DNA from: Fistulifera solaris
Lineage: Eukaryota
Direction of reading: 5' to 3'
Length of the DNA: 64,000 nt
Assembly (NCBI GenBank): GCA_030295235.1
Contig: AP026145.1
Coordinates: forward strand, 868,001-932,000
Shown: positions 1-12,096 of the stretch, piece by piece
Numbering within the stretch: position 1 is the stretch's first letter
Layout of the letters: each line of letters starts with the position of its first letter
Notes under the pieces: generated by a model
Database searches by the model: none
What the model was told of the DNA's origin: nothing
Seen by the model: only the letters and a program-made list of their open reading frames with translations
Program-made: the position numbers and the translations under genes

Positions 1-942
1 CAAGCAATGTTCTCTCTCCGAGCCATGTCGAAACCTTTCTCCAGAGCACGTACGCCGTAACGGATCGAAAAATAAAGTTGTGTTTTGTCAACTACCAAGC
101 ACTGCTCCATCAAAGCGAGTACCTGGACCAGCGGATGCAAAAGGGCTGGATTTTGGCAAACCCTGCCGATGATTCCAAGCTAATGAGATTGTTGACGGCC
201 CAACACGTGTCACAGCAGATCATGACGAGAGCAGCATCTTGGATCGTTTTGTGATTCAACTCGAGATTATTGATACTGAAGATAAGCAAGAGAGAAGAAT
301 GAGAACCTCTAGCGTTCGGGGAATCACAAAACCAGCAAAAGCTCACTTACAGTCCCGTCATGACGCGCGGTTTGCTCAACAAATACTCGCGAAAGTTCTC
401 TTCGACCGCTAAATTGGCGATGCATCCGACGGATCGCAATCGTATCGCTTTGTTGGACGCATGAAGGGCCACGATGATCTTCTCCAGAGCATCTTCGGAA
501 GTGACAATGAGACGCGCGTATTTACTGTACGCAATCTCCACAAAGATTCCGACCGCTTTGATTTGAATCTTTTCGCACATGCCGGGCGTCAAAAGTCGAC
601 ATAATAAATGAAATTCGTAGTCTCGGACGGCTTCGTAGAACAGCTTGGTTGCTTCCATGTCTCTTTCGTTGTTCGCTTGCACGAACAGCGTTTTGAGGGA
701 ATCGACGGCCGCCAACAACTCGTCCGGAGTCCCAGCCTGAAGTAATTCGTCGATTTGCAGAAAGAGCTGATGAGCTTGTTCGGATGGACGGTTGGCGCTC
801 CAATGAAGACGAGACACGGAGGCTTTCGCCGCCGGCGACGACAGTTCGGAAAGGAGAGTGCCTTCGCGATGATTCTTTTGATGACAAAGGCGTGCTTCGC
901 TTGCAGTTTCTTCTTGCGGAGTTGATAGCTTGACGCTTTCAT
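1..942 (-). CDS. Importin-alpha-like ARM-repeat protein, 5' part; runs off the window edge
   Basis: ATG at 942 gives MKASSYQLRKKKLQAKHAFVIK. Adding one base in the A-run near 878 continues as KNHREGTLL (IBB-like) into ORF 347..817, which has ARM-like text (GCIANLAVE). A GTAAGT donor lies at 350, and the next exon contains CWAVNNL. Confidence 0.55.
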
Positions 943-1448
943 TCTCTCTCTTGATCGCTGAGTAAAAGAAAGACTGTAGAACGATTGATTATGATTTGTA
1001 AAAGAAAAAGAGAAGCAGCAACAATGCGATTGTTTTGATTCTTGTTCTGTGCGCGTTGTTGTGGTCGCGTTTTGGCTTCTTGTCACGAATGAAGTGGATC
1101 GCTGAAACATCCTTCCAACCACTGTTAACGCTCCAGTAACGCTGTTTTGAAATCTATGCTTAAGTAACACGTGCGATACTTATTCTATCCTGTTTCACTA
1201 TTAAGGATATTTCGGATCATACTATCGCCTATAAATGCATACTACAGCGAGCACCTATCATGTCACAGTGCACCACGGTTGTATAGGCTGATAAGTGCCT
1301 GTGTCACGGAGTGACTGATTCTATGTCACGGGCACATTCACACTAAAAATAATTGCACAATGCATTGAATGAAGTGAAATGAATGATTGAATGAAAGCTG
1401 CTTCTTTGTTGTTCGACCATTGCACTAAAACAATTTAACAAAGAAGAA

Positions 1449-2839
1449 ATGGAGGAAACACTCTACACATTTAGCTGGTCGGCTTCGAAAGGATTGTACT
1501 GTCGATTGTGTGGGAAAACGGTCGGCTCCTCGCCAGCTGCCCTGTTAAGTCATATGAGCATCGACGGGGAACATGCTCAAAAAGGACTTTGCCGTCATGA
1601 GGCCAATATTATTTCCAACTGGGTGATTCAATTGAATCGTAATGCTCCCAAGAAGAAGCGACGAGGGTATCACTGCTTCGAATGTAAAAAGGTGGCCTTT
1701 AGGAAGTGCAACTTGAAAAAACACGTGGAAAAGAAGGGATCGCGCTGTGCTTTTTTGGGATATTGGCGATGCCATGTTGTGGGAAGACACGCTGCAGCAA
1801 CTATCATTAGCGCATCTCCCTCCGCCGTGCACCCAGGGTGTCGATCCTCTTCTGTTTCCGACTCTGTATTGTGAGCCCGACGATATCGAAAAAGTTTGCA
1901 TCTGCCAGGATACCGAGACACTTTACTGCAAAAGAGTTTAAGTGAGTCTCCACAGCTTCTGGCTCGGACCTATTGGGAGAAACGAAAACAACATGGGCGA
2001 TTCGTCAGCCCGAGTCAGCCGTCGGTTCCACTCGCATTCTATGAAAGTCTCATTGCGGACGATGAAGAGGACGACGACTCTTCTTGCGCTTCTGCCTACC
2101 CGATAATGAGTGGTGCCAAAATTTTTGATTTAACAGATCCAAACGGTAAAAGGAGCGAGGTTGTAGAGGTTCTTCTTTGCGATGGTGAAATCTCCACCAT
2201 CAAAATTGTCAATGCTTCCAGTTACACGAATCTTCTCGACGTGAGTGTCAAGCTGGGCCAAGCGTTATCGCGTGGATTCAAACACGGCCACATTCGTAAA
2301 GGGGAAAATTTGGGTCGTATGTTTGCTCTCGGTCACAATTGGAAGACGGGTCGAATGTAATCTACTTGCAAGGGCAGCACTACGGCGGAATTAAATCTTT
2401 CTTTATTGCGGGACCTTAATCAGTTTGGTGAAGATTTTGTTCTAGCTGAGTTTCCGGAAGAACATATGGAAATTATCTCAGCGGAAATGGAGCAGGGCCG
2501 AAAGCCGGTGCTGTCTGCGACAATGGGATCCACGTACATCTTTTCCATCAATGCGGCCGATGCTTGCCATCTCGAACCCAGGAACGGTTCAAAAACATTG
2601 GGCTTTGGACCGAGTCGACGCCAGCGGGTGCAGAACACTGGTACCTGGTGTTTCCTTACGTGTCTTATCGTGGTAGCCGCGGCGTTGCCATTAAACTAAC
2701 GCACGGGATGGCGGTCAGCTGGGATCCTCGCAAAATCTACCATTGTACATCTTTACCGACATGCCCAGATGGTCACGAGGTTTACGGCGGTGTTTGGGGC
2801 AGTTTTGGAGCTACAATGGGGACGAATGGAGACGAGTGA
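1449..2839 (+). pseudogene. Disrupted gene: two N-terminal zinc fingers followed by a TET/JBP-like 2OG-Fe(II) dioxygenase domain
   Basis: Finger motifs CRLC..H..H and CFEC..H..C. ORFs 1896-2360 and 2406-2699 are in frame across one TAA. A frameshift near 2597 joins ...SINAADACHLEPRNGSK to IGLWTE..HWYLVFP..GVAIKLTHGMAVSWDPRKIYHCTS, a double-stranded beta-helix-like pattern with a distal His. Confidence 0.5.
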
Positions 2840-3163
2840 GCTTTTCTGATTGGAATGTTGTTAAGTCACGAGTGTAAATGGCGAAGATTCATTTTTAGGC
2901 CATTTTCCCAGATGGATCTACTCTTTCCTTTATTCAAGGCCCTTATGTTCATTCATTCGCTTCGCTTTTGGCGTTCGAACTACCTTTCCTACGAAGAACC
3001 GTCTGTCATCATACCGTGGTCGCCAGTCACAAGACACAACACACAACCGAACAGAATGAAATGCGAACCTTGAAGACATTCGTTGCCTTGTTGAGAATCC
3101 TTTCCTTCCCTTCTTCCGTTTATAAAAAAAGCCAACACGCATTTAAAACAAACAACAACAACA

Positions 3164-5422
3164 ATGAAAGCAGACGATTTTATGAAACTGGACGCCATCT
3201 TCGCTCCCCGCAGCATAGCGGTCGTTGGAGCCAGCTCGCAAGAAGGAAAAGTCGGAAATGCGATCTTTTCCAACTTATTGCACGGTCATTTCAACGGCGT
3301 GCTGTACCCCGTCAATCCTTCCGCCAATCACATCATGTGCGTCAAAGCGTACAGCAGTATTCTGGACATTCAGGATGTAGTCGATTTGGCGATGATCATC
3401 TTGCCTCCGCAGCGAGCCTTAAAGACGGTGCAAGACGCTCTGGAAAAAGGTGTCAAGGGGATTGTGATCGTCTCCGCAGGCTTTCGCGAAGTCGGACCGG
3501 AAGGACGTGCCTTGGAAGATCAAATCGTCGCACTGTGTCATGCGGCTGGCGTGCCGGTGGTCGGACCGAACTGTCTGGGTGTTATCAATCCTAAACACAG
3601 CATGAACGCTTCCTTCTCGACGCGATTGCCGAAAGCCGGAAACATCTCCTTCATCAGTCAGAGCGGTGCTCTGTGCACGGCCGTCTTGGACTTTGCGGCC
3701 GACCGGGATTTTGGATTTTCGAAATTTATTAGTATCGGAAACAAAGCCGATGTGGATGAACTCGACCTGTTGCGTTATCTCCATCAAGATCGAGATACGG
3801 AAGTAATTATGATCTATTTGGAAGAATTGCGCCGGGGCGGGCTGGAGTTTATCGAAACGGTTAAACAGATCACGACATACAGTGATCATCCGACACCCAT
3901 TCTCGTCATCAAGTCGGGCAGAACTAGTGCCGGCGCTCTGGCAGCGTCGAGTCATACGGGTGCTATAGCTGGGTCTGAAGCCGTGTACGACTCTATCTTT
4001 GAGCAAGTAAGTATTACAACTGCAATATATCCGTTATTCGTCACGAATCAAGCTTTCCTTACATGGTTTCAATTTATTGTCTTCTAGGCTGGTATGATTC
4101 GAGTGGACAGCATAAATGATCTTTTTGATTTCGCTTCCTGCTTTACCATGAAAGACAGCCAAGGCCGCCGTAAAGTCCCTGCTGGTAACAAAGTGGCCAT
4201 TGTCACCAACGCCGGTGGACCTGGTATTGTTGCCACTGACATGACGATATCCTCGGGCTTGGAACTAGCAACACTGAACGAAGAAACGGTGGAAACGTTG
4301 AAATCGCATCTTCCGGCGACGGCCAATTTTCACAATCCTGTCGACGTGATTGGTGATGCCGGCTCCGATCGTTACGAGAACGCTTTAACAGCGGTGATTC
4401 ATGACAACAATGTGGATGGAGCTATTGTCATCTTGACCCCTCAAAGCATGACAAATGTCTTGGAAACGGCCAAAAGTGTCGTGAGAATCAAACAGCGCAC
4501 CACGAAACCGATTCTTTGTGTGTTTATGGGGATACTGGACGTCAGTGCCGGAGTCAAATACTTACAAGAGCATGGAGTTCCTGTCTTTAAGTTTCCAGAA
4601 AGTGCTGCGCGAGCCTTCGGAGCGCTTTCATATTATGCCAAGTGGCTAGAACGACAGCACCTGGCACAGTTTCCGTTGAAACACGACGAAGCGAAGGCCA
4701 GAGAAATCATTGAATCTTGTCTGGCACGCGGTCAAACCTATTTGGGTGAAATCGATGGTTTGGATCTATTACGATGCTATGGATTCCCAGTACTAGAAAC
4801 CAAGTTGGCCACAACTGCAATCGAAGCCGCCGATCTCGCGGAAGCCATGGGATTTCCAGCTGTCCTCAAAATTGTATCTCCTCAAATCATTCACAAGAGT
4901 GATGCTGGAGGTGTTATGATCAAGCTGAAAAGTCGCGAAGAAGTTATGGCTGGTTTCGAAGAGATTATCGCTAATGCCAAAAGTACGATGAAAACGCTGA
5001 TATCAAGGGGTTGCCTGGTCACCACAATGGCTCCGAAAGGGCGTGAGGTCATTCTCGGCGCGAATCGCTATCCTGTATTTGGTCCACTGATTATGTTTGG
5101 ATTTGGAGGTATCTTTGTCGAAGTTTTCAAAGACGTGGCGTTCCGTTTGGCACCCATTAAACGAAATGAAGCACGTCGTATGATGCACAAGATCAAGGCC
5201 TATCATCTCTTGAAAGAGTTTCGCGGTATCCCTGCTTCCGACACTGAGACTTTGGAAAAGTTACTTGTATCATTGTCGGACATGGTGACAAATCATCCTG
5301 AGATTCAGGAGCTGGATATCAATCCGCTCATGGTACATGGAGTGGGTCAGGGAGCAACCGTTGCGGACTGTCGAATTATCCTGAAAGCACTGGAACAAAA
5401 TGCACAAATCTCAAGATTGTAA
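3164..5422 (+). CDS. ADP-forming acetyl-CoA synthetase (acetate-CoA ligase, fused alpha-beta); intron 4007-4087
   Basis: Motifs SIAVVGAS, VVGPNCLG, ISQSGA, SHTGAIAG (phospho-His), NPVDVIGDA, IIHKSDAGGV and ELDINPL. An 81-nt GTAAGT...TTCTAG intron joins the two ORFs in frame. Confidence 0.93.
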
Positions 5423-5564
5423 AAACACCATTTTTCGGTCACTTACATGAAATCAAACATACTGTTTAAACGAAAACAACATCTCTTGCAACGAAATACA
5501 TAAAACAGCAGTCTATGCTTTGTAGTGAATGGATCATTACGATGCATTACGATGTATTATCCTA

Positions 5565-6986
5565 TTACAGCTTGACGGGGTCTCCAAAGGCCGATCTATC
5601 TAGCAATTCTTCCTGGGAAAGTGTCACAACGGCAAACTGATCTCGCGATGTCCGAAACAAGCACATGCATGGCAAGACGCGGGGAATCATTCCGGTGAAC
5701 ATGGCTCCACGCAGAGGCAAGTGCGTTTGTCGAGTACTGCGTGGTAATTCCAAATCAACGTAACGGGAGTGCCATCCTGTGACCAATCCGGCGGAATAAT
5801 CGTCTCGCCCGGAACGATTATTTACGGGTGCCCATTCTCCCGCCGTGGCCACGGCGCGACGGACGTGACCCGGATTGGAATACTCGTCGGGAAACAAGAC
5901 CAAAGCTTCCAAATAATTCCCCATATGCTGCATCGTCACGTACTCTGCGCGGTCGTGCAGTGAATAAGCCACGCAGACACACGATGGTTTGAGCTGAGAA
6001 AAGAACCAAGTGGTCAAGACATCCTGCGTCGAAACGTAACTGGGAGATCCATCGAGCTCCGACCGCCGCTTTTGATAAGCTTCCTTTTTTTTCTGTACCC
6101 ATTCCATATTCACGTATCTTCTGTGTAAAATGGGTTGTGGTTGGTCTTTGGAATGCTGATGCCCCGCCCAGATCGTACGGAAAATGCTGGCTTGACTGGA
6201 AAGGAAATAATACAAGAATTTCCCACGGGCGGCTCCTTTCAGTGCCGTCAAAGGGTGTTTCTTGTAGGAATGATGACGATCGGCCCAGAGTGGTACAATG
6301 GGAGCATTGGATGCGAGCATTCCCCAAAGTTGGTACAGCAAATTCGGCTCTCCGACCATATGCGTCACGCAGACCGTAACATAGTAATCATGACATTCGG
6401 GAGAATAAACGACACAAATCTTGAGAAAGGGTTTGTTGGTATTGAGAACCTTTGCTCCAATTTCCACCGATGTTTGTTGTGTGAGAACCAGTTCCATGTC
6501 ACAAGGGTCGTCGACACGAATCTCGTAGAACAAACGATCGATGGATGGTTGGGTCTCGTCGGTCCATATCGATGGAATACCGCAATTTGTTTTCAAATAG
6601 CCACACAACCACGGATTGAAAAGCGCCATTTGCTGGACGCGCTGTCGCAAATGCTTCAAAATGTGGGGCAAATCTTCCTTTGGATTGGAACAGGTGAACC
6701 GCGATTCCAATCCAGGTGACAGATAGTGTCGAAGTAAGAAGGCCTCGTTGAACAATAGCGGTATGTAGCGACCCTTCGTTGGTGTCCGCTTGTGCCAGAA
6801 GTAGTAACAAACAAGGAATAAAGCTACCGTGAGCAGTGGTTGCCACCAGAAAGTGTTCTGCGAACAAAGTGTGCCGATGCACACAATCATCAGCCAGATG
6901 GGTGACGACGCGGTGTCATGCGACACTGTTTTCCAGTGGATCAGCCATCGCTTGCTCCGTTTCAAGGCAGTGGCGGGTCGTATCAT
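5565..6986 (-). CDS. Putative CoA-dependent (BAHD-like) acyltransferase with an N-terminal membrane segment
   Basis: Long ORF with probable ATG near 6986. It has a hydrophobic N-terminus, THMVGE at the HxxxD position, and YVSTQDVLTTWF and HMGNY motifs resembling the transferase family. Confidence 0.5.
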   Translation of the reverse strand: MIRPATALKRSKRWLIHWKTVSHDTASSPIWLMIVCIGTLCSQNTFWWQPLLTVALFLVCYYFWHKRTPTKGRYIPLLFNEAFLLRHYLSPGLESRFTCSNPKEDLPHILKHLRQRVQQMALFNPWLCGYLKTNCGIPSIWTDETQPSIDRLFYEIRVDDPCDMELVLTQQTSVEIGAKVLNTNKPFLKICVVYSPECHDYYVTVCVTHMVGEPNLLYQLWGMLASNAPIVPLWADRHHSYKKHPLTALKGAARGKFLYYFLSSQASIFRTIWAGHQHSKDQPQPILHRRYVNMEWVQKKKEAYQKRRSELDGSPSYVSTQDVLTTWFFSQLKPSCVCVAYSLHDRAEYVTMQHMGNYLEALVLFPDEYSNPGHVRRAVATAGEWAPVNNRSGRDDYSAGLVTGWHSRYVDLELPRSTRQTHLPLRGAMFTGMIPRVLPCMCLFRTSRDQFAVVTLSQEELLDRSAFGDPVKL

Positions 6987-7408
6987 GTTGCTTTTTGTGG
7001 GGTCGACCTTTGTTTCGTGTGTTTGTTGGACGGAATGAATGTGCAATGCTCGAAACAACTTGAAACGAATGAATGATTTATCGTGTTTCCGTGTGAAACG
7101 CCTTTGACGTTTCGCCTTCGGAAAGTACACCAAAAGGTTATAGTCATTTCCCCAACGCTTTCGTATCTTATGTCTTTCGTATGAAAATGTTCGACGGTTT
7201 CAACGAAATAAATCGAACACGCAATGGGAGTGTTAACTTTGGGGCCGTTTCGTCGCAGAAAGCACGAGCCGTGACACTGATAGTAAATTGTACTCATGTT
7301 TACGACACTCAAAACAGTAAACTTATTTACTATCCACTCGCTAAGCAAGGTTTTAGCTATGATGTCTTGCCGTCGCTCCTCTCCTCTCTTGTTGTGTGGT
7401 GCAATTGT

Positions 7409-7861
7409 CATGAATCTAAACGGTAAACCCTGGGTTGGGCATATGGCCGAAATGTCGCATCAGACATCCACGCGCCTCCTACTGTGTCTTAGTGTACTGC
7501 GCTGCTGGCACAAAAATTCACCGCGTAACATCACGGCAAAATGTTGATTTTAGCGTTCTTATAAATAAATATATACATGGTCCGAATGGATGCAAACACC
7601 TCGATATTATTTCATATATTTTATTGAATCGATTCAAAGTGTTTGCATCCATTCGGACCATGATTTCACATTTTTATTGACACGCTAAGATCTGAATTTT
7701 ACCGCGATGTTACGCGGTGAAAAATTTCATGAAAAAAGCAATGACAGACCGTGTACATAATGAGCTTATATGAAACTGAGACGCGTTAATCCGTGTTCGT
7801 ACTATTTTTGTATCGCGACGGACGTGTACGAAGAACCCAGGGTTTACCGTTTAGATTCATG
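7409..7861. mobile_element. 453-bp non-autonomous DNA transposon (MITE) with P-element-like termini
   Basis: Perfect 28-bp TIR CATGAATCTAAACGGTAAACCCTGGGTT at 7409-7436 and 7834-7861. 7-bp TSD CAATTGT at 7402-7408 and 7862-7868. Internal imperfect inverted repeat of about 40 bp (about 7517-7556 and 7682-7721). Confidence 0.92.
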
Positions 7862-8021
7862 CAATTGTTCGCGCCGACGACTTTTTGCAAAAGAGATCGA
7901 CGACGATGACGCGAAACGAAACGAGGGGAAGCAATAAAAACAACTCACCTTTCAATTCAAACTTATCCTTTCCGTTCTATTCTACTCAATCGCCTCCTAT
8001 CACACTTCTTTCTAAACTACA

Positions 8022-8833
8022 ATGCCCAAGAAAAATGCCCCCGAGGTCTCCAAAAGGCCTTGCAAAAGCAAAAACAAAAAGCGATTGAAGACAAAACGTT
8101 CGGGCTGAAAAACAAAAGCAAATCAAAAAAAGTACAACAACAAGTCGAAAGCATTCAAAAGAATATTATGAATTCCGGAGACCCTAAATTACGCAAACTC
8201 GAAGAACAGCGCAAAAAGCACAAGGAAGAAATGAAAGCGCGCAAAAAAGCCGCAAAGGAAGAGCAGGAAGCTCTCTTTGGCGCCGCTCTCTTGGCCGTCC
8301 AAAAGAACAAACCGACGGGCGCCAAAATTGAAGCCAAAGGCCGTGATCACAACGATGACAATGCCCCGAAAAATTCGACGAGTCGCGCGATGAAATTAAT
8401 GTACCAGATGGATGCCCAAGAGATGGCGGACAAACTGAAACAGGACAATCCGGATTATGTCCCCACATTAGAAGATGAAATTGAACAGCAACGACAAGAA
8501 AAAGTGAAACAATTGCAAGGCAAGGGGACACCGGTGACTCCGGAAACCTTTGCGGCGTGGAAAGAACGGAAACGAAAGCAAAAAGCGGAAACCGTGCAAA
8601 AGACCGTCGAACAAGAGTTCAAAAAGAAAAAGGGTGGGAAAGGCTTATCGATCTTGTCGGGACGTGACTTGTACGAGTACAAGAAAGAACTCTTTGTGGA
8701 TCGTGAGGATGATGATATTGTGAGCAGCAACAATGGTGTATCCGAAGATAAAGTGGAACAGCTGGCGGAGCATGTCAATCAAGAGTTGTTTTTACAAGAC
8801 GATGATGATTTGGACGATTTAGAAGATGATTAG
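8022..8833 (+). CDS. TMA46: DRG family regulatory protein 1 homologue (TMA46/ZC3H15-like)
   Basis: N-terminal IEDKTFGLKNKSKSKKVQ and C-terminal TLEDEIEQQR, TPVTPETFAAWK and LSGRDLY. ATG at 8022 needs one extra A in the run near 8052. Confidence 0.85.
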
Positions 8834-8933
8834 AGAGAAAATAAAAGCGGCTACCTTCTATCATTCAGTTATCTTTGTCGTACAGAATAGTTTATCGTTG
8901 CTTCATTAGATATTGCAAACTAATCAATCGTCC

Positions 8934-9512
8934 TCATTGAGTTTTTTCTCCCTTTTCTAAACCAGGATGGATCCGATCCCACGCCGATGGATAATTCGAT
9001 GATTCATCACTTCGATCCAACTTCCGAAATTGCCGTTGCAAGGCATCCAATTTTTCTGGATCAAAGTCTCCCTGAATCGCCCGTTCCCGCAATTCTTTCT
9101 CGACCGCCACCATTTGTTCGTGCAATTCTTGTCGGGTCCACGGTGCTTCGGGTTTTCGGACGGTATAATCATAAAACGAAAAGCGAGAACGAAATTCGGG
9201 ATCCTGTGCCATTTTCTTGCCAATCAGCGGCGTACAAGCAAACGCCACGAGAAAGAACGCCACAATTCCCAATTGCATCGTTCCCGTCGAATCGGCCGCC
9301 GCCGGGCCGTGATGTGCATTTTTGTTCGGCAATTTTCCCTGTCGGGCCAATTCTCGCGTGTGATGATATTGTTCCATGGTCGCATTCGCTTGACGCAAAT
9401 ACGCTTGGACTTGTTCGGGTGTCGCATTGTCGGGTAATTTGGTCGGCCGGCTGGTAAGGCGGCGGATGCCGGCCATTCGATTTGTATGAATGAATGTAAC
9501 TCTCGAGAACAT
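8934..9512 (-). CDS. Hypothetical single-pass membrane protein, possibly mitochondrial
   Basis: ORF with an Arg-rich N-terminus (MFSRVTFIHTNRMAGIRRLTSR) and one hydrophobic helix (LGIVAFFLVAFACTPLIG). Confidence 0.65.
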   Translation of the reverse strand: MFSRVTFIHTNRMAGIRRLTSRPTKLPDNATPEQVQAYLRQANATMEQYHHTRELARQGKLPNKNAHHGPAAADSTGTMQLGIVAFFLVAFACTPLIGKKMAQDPEFRSRFSFYDYTVRKPEAPWTRQELHEQMVAVEKELRERAIQGDFDPEKLDALQRQFRKLDRSDESSNYPSAWDRIHPGLEKGEKTQ

Positions 9513-9793
9513 GCTTATTGAAAGATTAGAATGTATTATTATGGAAACAACAACAACGAAGAAGAACGAAATGCTTTTCCGAGTGATGATGTGGAAAAGA
9601 GACTTTTTCATTCCCTTTGCGCGGACGACCGTCAGGAAAAGGGAAAACAAAGGCTAGTAAGGTTCAAGATTATCGCTGGTCGCGCAAACTAAAGGCGCAA
9701 ACGAGAGGCTCGGCGTTTCGCGCCACTTTTTGTGTAGAATAATGTACTAGAGCCTCGTATGTAGAAATGCACGTATTCTTACTACTGGAATAA

Positions 9794-10212
<419 letters not shown>

Positions 10213-10689
10213 TGCTGTCACTTGTCTTTTACTCTCTATTACAGTTCATCGGTTGCATTGCTGGACACCGCAACCATGAAAGTTTTTGTGCATCAGTCCG
10301 AGAAGGTTCGACCTTCTTGTTGCGGACACAACTAGAATACGCATAGATATAAAAATGAACTAGAGAGACAACAACTTTTGACAAATGTATGCTGCTTTTA
10401 CTAGAAACGCATTTTCTATATTGGTTTTTGAATGATCTGAATTCTAGGTAGCATGTCTGTTACAACAATAACGAACGATTCATTCTTCTATTATTAAAGC
10501 AGTTCTTCTAATCATTCAGAAATTCTGACTGACATGCCTGTGATGTAAATATATTCAGACAGAAATTCTGACTGACGTAATTTCGCGTCATTGACAATCC
10601 GTTTGAAACAAACCAGAAAGACCAAATAATAACTTCCAATTTCTATTCCTACTAGAAGATTACTTTTAAAAATTGTTGCTCATAAATGT

Positions 10690-12096
10690 TTAACGCTCAC
10701 AGATGTATCCTCCCTTCACACCGTCCCGCGTGTACACGACTTGAATCAAGCTGACCGACCCGGCATCGAAACAAGCGCGGCACACTTGCAAATAATTGTT
10801 CCAGCAGCGCTTGAACTTGCCACCAAAGTACGAATCGTATTTCGGCTTGAGTTCCGGCCACGCACGATTGAAGTTGTCGTTCCACACCTTTAAGGTCTTG
10901 GCGTACGAGTCTCCCATGTTGTGCATATCTTCGACACGGAACATGGGATCGGCTTCGGTCACCAACTCGTAAGTAAAGGGCAATTCGCCACCGGGAAAGA
11001 TGTACTTGTTCAACCACCCTCCGGCGCGCAACATACGGGTGGTACTGCTCGTAATGGTATGCAAGAGCATGATGCCATCTTCTTTCAAGCAACGATCACA
11101 GACTTCAAAGTAGGCACGGAAATTGTGCGAACCGACCGCTTCAAAGAATCCCACGGAAAAAATGCGATCAAATTTTTCGTTCGCATTGCGGTAATCTTCG
11201 ACCCGAATTTCGACCGGCAATCCCTTGGTGCGTTCCCGCGCAATCTTGACCTGTTCGACGGAAATGTTGTAACCGACCACGGAAACACCATAGTTTTCGG
11301 CCATATACTTGGCGGCCCCTCCGAACCCACAACCAATTTCGAGGACTTTCAAACCCGGCTTGAGTTTGAGTTTTCGCGCAATCAAATCGAGTTTGGCAAT
11401 CTGGGCATCCTTGAGGGTACGTGTCTCCGGTGTCCAGTACGCACAGGTATACGTCATGGTTTCATCCAAAAACGCCGCATACAAATCATTGCCCAAATCG
11501 TAATGTTCTTCGGCGACCCGCTTGCTCAATTTGACCGTTTGTTGGTTGCGCGCGACGTGATTCCATTCCCATAAGGGTCCCATGGGATGACTGCGCATGG
11601 GGGCTTTGAGAAAAATGGCTTCCTGGACTTTGCTTTCATCGAAATCCGTCCACAAGCCGTCCTTAAATAAGAAGCACAGTTGAGTGAAACGATCAAGTTC
11701 TAGATTGTGCAACCGCGAAAAAGATACACTTTTGGAAAGCATTCTTCCTCTTCATTCTTGGCATACACAGCAACAACCAACCATAACAAACGACGACGAC
11801 GACGGACTTACCATGTACGTATCTCCCAAGACATGCAACAACGGTCCGTCCCCCAAATGCTTGTAAAAGGCATCACTGTGAATCACCATTTCGGCCGTGT
11901 ATTTGTTTTTATCAAACCCAATTGCTTTGGGACCATTGGTTACCAAAATACCCAACTTTTCCATCTTCGCGGTAAAGACTTTCTTGAGAAAGGAGACGGG
12001 CAATAGAAAGACGACGGTCCGAAAGACCGCGAGAGCGGCCGCAATTACCAAACAAGACGTCCAGTACGCGACTTCGTGAGCAATCGTTTTGATCAT
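10690..12096 (-). CDS. cfa: Cyclopropane-fatty-acyl-phospholipid synthase; intron about 11662-11811
   Basis: Motifs HYDLGNDLY, MTYTCAYW, AQIAKLDLI, VLEIGCGFGG and WLNKYIFPGG. Splicing gives LGDTYM|DGLW. Confidence 0.92.

Noticed and set aside
10515..10576. 17-bp direct repeat CAGAAATTCTGACTGAC
   Set aside because: Two copies only; a simple local duplication, not a CRISPR-like array.
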